From: Negativicutes bacterium
Lineage (GTDB): Bacteria; Bacillota; Negativicutes; UBA1444
Assembly: GCA_963665275.2 (NCBI GenBank)
Contig: CAXXIN010000018.1
Span: 288,001-352,000 of the forward strand
DNA: 64,000 bases
Reading direction: 5' to 3'
Positions 56,634-64,000 of this stretch are shown in pieces. Every line of letters starts with the position of its first letter. The first letter of the stretch is position 1. Made by a program: the position numbers and the translations under genes. A model generated the notes under the pieces. It ran no database searches. It saw nothing but the letters and a program-made list of their open reading frames with translations, and had not been told where the DNA came from.

Positions 56634-58814
56634 CTAATTAGTTGGTGCTTTGCCGGGTGGAGTCGCTGGTGGTTTGGTCGTAGCAGGTGGAGACTCGGGT
56701 TTCTTGCTTGGGGTTGTGGTTTTGCCGGACTGGCCCGGAATTGGTGTATCTGTTTTTGCTCCAGGAGGAGCATTCGGGTCAGTTGGCGGCTGAGCTGTTG
56801 AATGCTGTTTGGGTTGAGTTCCATCAATAAAATAATCAGTAATTACGTCTTTATTTTTAGGATCTGTTACTAATCCACCGTCCCTCGTAGATACGGTAAC
56901 TGAGGTGATGCCACGCGGACGGGGAAAATCTTTCACTGGGATCTTGGCTGTGGCTTCTTTCATGAAAAGTCGCCAGATGGTGGCCGGGGTTTCGCCCCCA
57001 GTGGTTCCATCCAACTTTCCTTCACTGTCAAAACCGATCCATACAGCAGTGGAAATGTCGGGGGTAAAGCCAACGAACCAAGCGTCCTTATGCTCGTCTG
57101 TAGTTCCCGTTTTGCCGGCAGCGGGTCTGCCAATATTTGCGCCTGTGCCGGTTCCTCGCGTAATAACTCCTTTCATCATATCAGTGAGGAGAAAAGCTAC
57201 TTTTTCATTGATAACCATACGTTCTTTCGGCACGTGTTGTTCAAGGATTTTCCCATTACGATCTTCCACTTTGAGGATGGTGACCGGTTCAACCCGAATT
57301 CCTTGATTAGCCAATACGCCGAAGGCGCTGGCAATGTCCAAGGGGGTTACGCCGCGGGTTAATCCACCCAAAGCCATGGCGAGAGTGATATCGTTATTTG
57401 ATCCACTTGTTACCAAGGTAGTGATCCCCATGTTCTGCGCATTTCGGACAACGCGCTCCGGTGTGACTTCCTGAGCCAGCTTTACAGCGGGAACGTTGCG
57501 GGACAATTCCAGTGCCGTACGCAATGTAATAGGTCCTTTGAAAGTCCTGTCGTAATTCATCGGCGCGTAGCCGCCCACGCTAAAGGGTTTATCATCGATA
57601 ATGGAAGCAGGAGACTTGCCACTATCGAGGGCTGTCAGGTAAACAAAAGGTTTAAAAGCCGAACCAGGTTGACGTTCCGCCATTACAGCCCGGTTGAATT
57701 TGTCTGTGCCGCGTCCGCCGACCATCGCCTTTACATTTCCATTATGGGTATCGATTGCTACCAGTGCTCCCTGGGGTTGCTGCAGACCGTTCTTGTCAAT
57801 TGAAATGGACGGCAGCTCCCGCATCGCTTTCTCGGCAGCTTTCTGCATGTCCAAATCAAGACTGGTATAGATCTTCAGTCCTTCCTTATATACAGTATCC
57901 GCACCATATTTATCGATTAGTTGCGAGGTTACGTATTCAATGAAATAGGATGCTGAAACTTCGATATCCTTGTCCTTCTGTTTAGGGTCGGGTTTGACAG
58001 GCTCGCTGTTCTCAGCTAGTTTAAGGGGAACCGCTTTGTTTTTATTGGCTGTTGCCTGGTCGAGGTATTCATATTTCACCATCTGATCCAAGACAGTTGC
58101 TTGTCTCTCTTTGGCAGCTTTTATGCTATTGAAGGGCGAGTAGTAATTCGGGCTTTTGGGCAAACCGGCCAGCATGGCGCATTCAGCGAGATTTAGCTTG
58201 TCGACGCTTTTGCCAAAATAAGTTTGTGAGGCCGCTTCGACGCCGTAAGCGCCAGCCCCAAAATAAATTTGATTCAGATAGAGCTCAAGTATTTCATTCT
58301 TGGTGTATTGCTTTTCGATTTGAAACGCAATGATCATCTCTTGGACTTTGCGTTTCCAGGTGCGTTCTTGGGTAAGGAAAGCATTTTTGGCCAACTGTTG
58401 AGTTATAGTGCTGCCGCCTTCTGAAACTCCGCCAGCTGAAATGTTGATCCACAAAGCCCGTAGAATAGCGCGCGGGTCAATTCCGCTGTGTTGGTAGAAT
58501 CGGTTGTCCTCCAGGGCAACAAATGCATTTTGCAAATCCTTGGGAATCTTATCCAGAGTTACCGGCAAACGATTTTCCACAGCGTGCAATACCGTAATCA
58601 ATTTGCCATTCACATCAAAAACCTGAGCTGAAGCTGCCGGTCGAATGTCGCCGCGGAGATTCGGCGCCGACTGAATCGTCGCGGATAAGAAACCGAGACC
58701 GACGCCAATTCCAATCACGAGAAATGCCATAATGCCTACAATGATGATCGCTGTAGCGGAACCTCGGGATTGATTTCGCGAGTTGCTAACGGCGAACGAA
58801 AAATACTTGCGCAT
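56634..58814 (-). CDS. Class A penicillin-binding protein 1A
   Basis: Glycosyltransferase EDNRFYQH, GGSTITQQ, RKVQE, ELYLN; transpeptidase SAFK, SRN, KTG; Pro-rich tail. Confidence 0.95.
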   Translation of the reverse strand: MRKYFSFAVSNSRNQSRGSATAIIIVGIMAFLVIGIGVGLGFLSATIQSAPNLRGDIRPAASAQVFDVNGKLITVLHAVENRLPVTLDKIPKDLQNAFVALEDNRFYQHSGIDPRAILRALWINISAGGVSEGGSTITQQLAKNAFLTQERTWKRKVQEMIIAFQIEKQYTKNEILELYLNQIYFGAGAYGVEAASQTYFGKSVDKLNLAECAMLAGLPKSPNYYSPFNSIKAAKERQATVLDQMVKYEYLDQATANKNKAVPLKLAENSEPVKPDPKQKDKDIEVSASYFIEYVTSQLIDKYGADTVYKEGLKIYTSLDLDMQKAAEKAMRELPSISIDKNGLQQPQGALVAIDTHNGNVKAMVGGRGTDKFNRAVMAERQPGSAFKPFVYLTALDSGKSPASIIDDKPFSVGGYAPMNYDRTFKGPITLRTALELSRNVPAVKLAQEVTPERVVRNAQNMGITTLVTSGSNNDITLAMALGGLTRGVTPLDIASAFGVLANQGIRVEPVTILKVEDRNGKILEQHVPKERMVINEKVAFLLTDMMKGVITRGTGTGANIGRPAAGKTGTTDEHKDAWFVGFTPDISTAVWIGFDSEGKLDGTTGGETPATIWRLFMKEATAKIPVKDFPRPRGITSVTVSTRDGGLVTDPKNKDVITDYFIDGTQPKQHSTAQPPTDPNAPPGAKTDTPIPGQSGKTTTPSKKPESPPATTKPPATPPGKAPTN

Positions 58815-59032
58815 AACATACCCCCAGTCTTTACACCAAAATATTATATCACAAAATTATTGGGTGTTGATAGACGCAGGGATAGGGAGCTTTTGCATCG
58901 AAATAGTCTTTTATGTTATACTCTCGTTGAAGTCCGAGCGGAGCGCCTGTTTTAGGGTTTTGCGGCGACTGCTCAGGTCTCGCGGGATATCTTAATATTT
59001 GACAATTTATATTTAAAGGAGTTGTATAATTC

Positions 59033-59776
59033 ATGTCAGGGCATTCAAAATGGGCGAATATCAAGCATAAAAAAGGTCGGGCAGATGCCGCCCGCGGAGC
59101 TGCAACCACTAAAATAGGCCGTGAAATCACTACTGCCGTTAGAATTTCCGGAGCAGATCCCAGCGGGAATATGCGCCTGAAGCTGGCGTTGCAAAAAGCC
59201 CGCGAAAATAACATCCCCAAAGAAAATATCCAGCGGGCGATCCAAAAAGGCCAGGGAACGCTTGAGGGTTCAAGTTATGAAGAAATCACTTATGAAGGTT
59301 ATGGTATCGCCGGTGTTGCTCTGTTGGTTGAAACCATGACGGACAACCGGAACCGGACCGCGGCGGAAATGCGTCATATATTTTCAAAAAATGGTGGAAA
59401 TATGGGGGAATCCGGCTGTGTTTCCTGGATGTTTCATAAAAAAGGCCTGATATTGATCGATAAGACGCCGGAATTGCAGGAAGAAGACTTGTTGGCGATC
59501 GTACTGGATGCCGGCGCTGAAGATATGAACAGTGACGAGGATCAGTTCGAGATAACATGCGCGCCCGAAGACTTCGAAGGGCTTGTGAATGCGTTGGAAG
59601 CTGCTAAGGTAAAATGGGAGTCGGCTGAAATCAGTATGATCCCGGAAACGTCCATTGCTCTTTCCGGAGATGATGTGACCCGCTTGATGCGCTTGGTTGA
59701 TGCACTGGAAGAGCAGGATGATGTTCAGAACGTATATGGAAATTTTGATGTGCCAGACGAGGAAGAAGACGATTAG
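59033..59776 (+). CDS. yebC: YebC/PmpR family protein
   Basis: MSGHSKWANIKHKKG, YEGYG, TDNRNRT, DDVQNVY. Confidence 0.96.
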   Translation: MSGHSKWANIKHKKGRADAARGAATTKIGREITTAVRISGADPSGNMRLKLALQKARENNIPKENIQRAIQKGQGTLEGSSYEEITYEGYGIAGVALLVETMTDNRNRTAAEMRHIFSKNGGNMGESGCVSWMFHKKGLILIDKTPELQEEDLLAIVLDAGAEDMNSDEDQFEITCAPEDFEGLVNALEAAKVKWESAEISMIPETSIALSGDDVTRLMRLVDALEEQDDVQNVYGNFDVPDEEEDD

Positions 59777-59800
59777 TCGCGGAGTCGGGAGGCAGCGGAT

Positions 59801-60292
59801 TTGATAGCCATGGGGATCGATCCAGGAAACGCAATATGCGGGTACGGGTTTGTAGAGCTCAACGGGAACTCCCTGCATAGCAGAATTTTCGGCGTGATCC
59901 GCACCACGCCATCCATGCGACGGGGCGAACGCCTGAAGATCCTGTATGATAGAATTTCCGAATTGATTCACGAAAACCGGCCTGATGTGGTGGGCGTAGA
60001 AAAATTATTTTTCAACCGCAATGTGACCACGGCGATGACAGTCAGCGAAGCGCGCGGCGTCATTTTGCTGGCGGTGGAGAGCCACGGAGTGGCATTGCTG
60101 GAACCAACTCCGTTGCAGGTTAAACAATCGGTAGTCGGGTACGGTCAGGCAACCAAGGAACAAGTTACCTATATGACTCAGCGCCTGCTTTGCCTGGAAA
60201 AGAAGCCGACTCCTGATGATGCGGCGGATGCCTTGGCAATTGCCATCTGCAGCGCGCATTCCAGTTCAGTCGAAAAAATCTGGCGAGGTTGA
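59801..60292 (+). CDS. ruvC: Crossover junction endodeoxyribonuclease
   Basis: GIDPG, VEKLFF, EARGV, DDAADALAIA. Confidence 0.96.
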   Translation: MIAMGIDPGNAICGYGFVELNGNSLHSRIFGVIRTTPSMRRGERLKILYDRISELIHENRPDVVGVEKLFFNRNVTTAMTVSEARGVILLAVESHGVALLEPTPLQVKQSVVGYGQATKEQVTYMTQRLLCLEKKPTPDDAADALAIAICSAHSSSVEKIWRG

Positions 60293-60296
60293 TGCT

Positions 60297-60899
60297 ATGA
60301 TCGGTTATCTTCGCGGCACGGTGGATCAGTTATTGATGGAAACCTGTTACATCGATGTTCAGGGTGTCGGGTACCGGGTGTTCATTCCTGCCTCGACACG
60401 CGATAAACTCGTCTGCGGGGTGGAGACGAAACTTTATACTTATCTGAGCGTGCGGGAAGACGCCCTGCTGTTATTTGGTTTTTTCACGCAGGAAGAGCAT
60501 GAGATGTTCCTACTGTTGCTGACGGTAACGGGAGTTGGCCCCAAAATGGCGCTGGCGATTCTTTCCGGGATCAAGCCGGAAGGAATTCGATCGGCTATCG
60601 GACGCAAAGACCTGGCGACTCTGACACGGGTCTCGGGAGTCGGCAAGAAAACGGCAGAACGAATCGTTCTGGAACTGCGGGATAAAATAGGTCAGATTGG
60701 TCCTGATGCGGCCTGTGAACCAGAAACCGGTTTGGCTGCCGCCGTTGACGGAAAAGCCTTCGATGAAGCTTTGGCGGCGCTGCTTTCTTTAGGCTACCAG
60801 TTGGCGGAGGTCATGCCGCATCTAAAGAAAATGACTGGCGATGGAAAAACGGCTGAAATGCTGATTCGATCCGTTTTGCGTGAAATGGGCGGGAGGTAG
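60297..60899 (+). CDS. ruvA: Holliday junction branch migration protein
   Basis: [31 protein letters not shown]. Confidence 0.96.
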   Translation: MIGYLRGTVDQLLMETCYIDVQGVGYRVFIPASTRDKLVCGVETKLYTYLSVREDALLLFGFFTQEEHEMFLLLLTVTGVGPKMALAILSGIKPEGIRSAIGRKDLATLTRVSGVGKKTAERIVLELRDKIGQIGPDAACEPETGLAAAVDGKAFDEALAALLSLGYQLAEVMPHLKKMTGDGKTAEMLIRSVLREMGGR

Positions 60900-60901
60900 T
60901 C

Positions 60902-61946
60902 ATGGAAGAAGAACGGGTAATATCAGGGCCCGAACAGGAGCCGGACACCTGGCAGCTGAGTCTGCGTCCGCGACGGCTCATGGAATATATTGGGCAGGAG
61001 CAGGTCAAACAGAACCTGTCCGTTTTTATTCAGGCAGCACTGGCGCGGCGCGAGGCATTGGATCACGTGCTGCTGCATGGTCCACCCGGATTGGGCAAGA
61101 CCACGCTGGCCGGCATTATTGCCAATGAACTGGGTGTCAATCTGCGGATCACCTCCGGGCCTGCCATCGAGAGAGCGGGCGATTTAGCCGCTTTGTTAAC
61201 CAATCTGGGTGAAAAAGATGTGTCTGTTCATCGATGAAATTCACCGTTTGAACCGTAGCGTGGAAGAAGTTCTCTATCCGGCGATGGAGGATTATGCTCT
61301 GGATATTATTATCGGCAAGGGACCCAGTGCTCGTTCCATCCGGCTGGATTTACCAAAGTTCACACTTGTCGGCGCGACTACGCGCGCCGGGTGCTCTTGC
61401 TTCACCGCTGCGGGACCGGTTCGGCGTTCTGTGCCGGCTGGAATACTATGGCCCAGCTGCGTTGCTGCAGATCGTGACCCGTGCGGCAGAGGTATCTAAA
61501 TGTTTCCATTGAAAAAGGTGGTGCTGAAGAAATCGCCCGGCGAGCCAGGGGCACTCCCCGTGTGGCGAATCGTCTGCTGAAGCGCGTGCGCGATTTTGCA
61601 CTCATTGATGATCAGTCTGTAATTACAAGAGAAGTCGCGGATAAAGCGCTAGGTCTTGCTGGAAGTCGATGCCTGCGGCCTGGATCGCTCGGACCGTCGG
61701 ATTTTGACCACCATCATCGAAAAATTCAATGGTGGACCCGTCGGCGTGGACACTATCGCCGCGGCGGTCAGCGAAGAAACAGAAACCATCGAGGATGTGT
61801 ACGAGCCCTTTCTGCTGCAGATGGGCTTCTTAAACAGGACTCCGCGGGGACGGGCAGTTACGGCGGCGGCCTATCGGCATCTGGGAATTCCCTGTCGGGC
61901 GGAAATTTCTGGAGAACAGCTTGATCTCATAGGGAAGGAACCGTAA
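60902..61946 (+). pseudogene. ruvB: RuvB helicase, interrupted by four +1 frameshifts (probably sequencing errors)
   Basis: [34 protein letters not shown] and TPRGR are spread over five successive frames. Removing 4 nt gives a 346-aa ORF. Confidence 0.92.
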
Positions 61947-61949
61947 GAA

Positions 61950-62483
61950 ATGAAACTGTTACTGCATATTTGCTGCGGACCATGCTCCATTTCTCCGATC
62001 GCACAGCTGCGGGAAATGGGACACGAGCTGCAGGGATATTTTTTCAACCCCAATATTCATCCCTTCAAGGAATTTGAACGCCGTCTGGACACTCTCAAAG
62101 AGTATGCGGCATCAGTGGAGATTCCAGTGGAGATTGATGGGCGCTATCTTTTGGAAGAGTTTCTGACCGAAGCAATGCGTTCCGATCGGATTCGCTGTGA
62201 AGGATGCTATGAAATGCGTTTCCGCCAGGCCGCACGTGCGGCGAAACAGCTTGGGTGCGACTCCTTTACCACAACCCTGCTGGTCAGCCCCTACCAAAAG
62301 CATGACCTCATACGGCAGGTTGGCGAACGCGTCGGCAGTCAGGAAGGAATCGAGTTCTTTTACGCAGATTTCCGACCCGGTTGGCAGGAGGGTGTGAAGA
62401 TTAGCCGCGAGCGACTAATGTATCGACAACCCTATTGTGGATGCATTTTCAGTGAAAAGGAACGATATTGCAAACTCAAATGA
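61950..62483 (+). CDS. queH: Epoxyqueuosine reductase QueH (DUF208)
   Basis: LLHICCGPC, NPNIHP, RC..CY, TTL.VSP, YRQPYCGC.FS. Confidence 0.9.
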   Translation: MKLLLHICCGPCSISPIAQLREMGHELQGYFFNPNIHPFKEFERRLDTLKEYAASVEIPVEIDGRYLLEEFLTEAMRSDRIRCEGCYEMRFRQAARAAKQLGCDSFTTTLLVSPYQKHDLIRQVGERVGSQEGIEFFYADFRPGWQEGVKISRERLMYRQPYCGCIFSEKERYCKLK

Positions 62484-62503
62484 CAGCACGAAGAGGGAAG
62501 CAG

Positions 62504-62740
62504 ATGATGTTCGGCAATGGATTTGAATCGATCGGAAAAATGCTGATGTTGCTTGGCGTTGTGCTATTTGTCGTGGGCGTCGCGATCTATTTCGGCGGTA
62601 AATATACTGCGTTGGGGCGGCTTCCTGGAGATATTCATATTGAACGAGAGAATTTCAGCTTTCATTTTCCGGTGGTGACCTCAATTTTAATCAGCCTGGT
62701 GCTGACGGTGATACTGAACCTCTTCTTTTCACGCCGCTGA
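62504..62740 (+). CDS. DUF2905 membrane protein
   Basis: GRLPGDI...F.F.FP.VTSI..S motif. Confidence 0.88.
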   Translation: MMFGNGFESIGKMLMLLGVVLFVVGVAIYFGGKYTALGRLPGDIHIERENFSFHFPVVTSILISLVLTVILNLFFSRR

Positions 62741-62779
62741 GGCTGATTGGGAAAAGGAGATTTTGGAGGCGAGTTGCTG

Positions 62780-64000
62780 ATGAAAAAAATTCACTGGGTT
62801 TGGCGATTGGTGCTAATCGGTTTGACCTTCGCAATGTCAACTAATGGAATGGGTTTTTCCACTTCTGCGGCAGCGACTGGCAATACTGAAAGTCCCTCTC
62901 TGAGAATAGGACTAATGACGAAACAGTTTTCGGTTTTGGCCAGCAGTAACGGCAACTATGAGATTATCAACGTTGATGACGGAAAAGTGCTGGGCGAATA
63001 CGCGCCGGGTGTGAAGGCACGGATTGGTCTCCGGGAAGGAAAGTTCGTAATCAATAATACCGTTGTGGATGCGGATCGCTTGCGAATTGCGCAAAAATCA
63101 GCCCACATGGAACGCGACGACCGCCTTCTAGACATCAATAACCGCCGATATCGGGGATCGGTGGAAATCTTTCGGACGCAGGGAGCAACAGGAATGACTG
63201 CCGTGAACATACTGTCTGTGGACGAATATGTTTATGGGGTGCTGACCAAAATTTTATTGCCGGAATGGCCTGAACAAGCGATCAAAGCTCAGGCAGTCAC
63301 CCTCAGAACTTTCGCACTTGTATAGCCTGGGCAAACATGTGAATGAAGGGTTCGATTTGTGTGATAATGCCGATTGCCAGATATATGAGGGTCAGGTTGG
63401 GGAAGATGCGAGAATCTTAAAAGCAGTTAGGGATACTCGCGGCATGGTCATGTTGCACCAGGGATATCTGATTGCCGCATATTCTCATCTAAGTGGCGGC
63501 GGGTACACGGAAAACAGTGAAAACGTATTTGGGAAAGCCTACCCATATTTGCGCGGCGTGCTGGACACAGATCAGACAAGTCCCTATTTTCGGTGGCAGA
63601 AAAAGATTAGTCCAGCCGAACTCGACGGGCTATTGAAAGGTGCGGGCTACAATATTGGAACCTTAATGGCGGTAGAACTCTCGAAGCGAACGCCGGCGCC
63701 GGTCGACGCGGCAGACCGCGGAGTATCCGGACGGATCAAAACCATTACCTTTATCGGTAAAGACGGGATATTGGCGCTGAGCGGCGAGAAAACCAGGGAA
63801 TTGCTTTCGCTGCAAAGTACTTTGTTTGATATCAGTGTGGGGGTTCCATTGGCGAATATCGACAGCAACATCACGGATAGCTTCGGGGACAGAGATTCCA
63901 AACAGATCCAGATTAATCTTCCTCCCGCATCGACAGGCGGATTGTTGACGGATCGCCCCGGAATTCACCGGTTTTCTGGAAAGAAAGATGAGACCATTTT
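62780..64000 (+). CDS. SpoIID/LytB domain protein, one +1 frameshift near 63318, runs off window
   Basis: YRG, YVYGV, WPEQAIKAQAV..RT, then in the +1 frame FDLCD..DCQIY, GGYTE, PYLRGV, open to 64000. Confidence 0.85.

Noticed and set aside
56585-56827. N-terminal extension of nagZ in the ORF track
   Set aside because: It overlaps the PBP1A 3' end and a hairpin; the RBS and signal peptide support a start at 56569-56584.
60902-61946. Programmed frameshifting in ruvB
   Set aside because: Four shifts without slippery sites or stimulators would be needed.
63323-63325. Pyrrolysine-type TAG readthrough in spoIID
   Set aside because: The same frame stops again at TGA within seven codons, and homology continues in the +1 frame.
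1-64000. CRISPR arrays, tRNA/rRNA genes, IS elements, prophage genes
   Set aside because: No regularly spaced repeats, cloverleaf or rRNA sequence, transposase, integrase or phage ORFs were recognised.

Overview
Chromosomal window from a Bacillota genome, most likely Negativicutes/Sporomusaceae-like. This is an inference from the T-box leaders, an L20 leader and SigH-like promoters occurring together with an outer-membrane channel gene. The first 13 kb are a patchwork of accessory genes and remnants: M20 and C45 hydrolases, two MFS transporters, an EFR1 ferredoxin, a GNAT, a broken nucleotidyltransferase, a 5'-deleted selD, a HEPN-like protein, SIMPL, an orphan rsmH paralog and a TetR-MCP pair. 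Next come GntR / PAS-GGDEF-EAL / menG and an eight-gene coupled MurNAc-recycling operon (MTH1187-murP-mupG-murQ-nagA plus an amidohydrolase, an S9-like hydrolase and an SDR). The core backbone follows: T-box thrS, L20 leader infC(ATT)-rpmI-rplT, a class II aldolase, ktrB-ktrA-kimA-ktrA, a TrmH methylase, yqzL, T-box pheS-pheT, zapA, a U32 protein, mutS2, DUF2148, nagZ, PBP1A, yebC-ruvCAB-queH-DUF2905 and spoIID/lytB. Most notable are two integrase-free islets, each bracketed by a diverged duplicate of the 3' end of the upstream core gene. One is a 7,680-bp sulfatase/outer-membrane-channel/DUF2252 islet at thrS, and the other is a kimA islet at ktrB-ktrA. kimA appears to start at ACG. Five +1 frameshifts in the last 2.8 kb (ruvB, spoIID) look like sequencing errors. 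No rRNA, tRNA, CRISPR array or transposase was seen.
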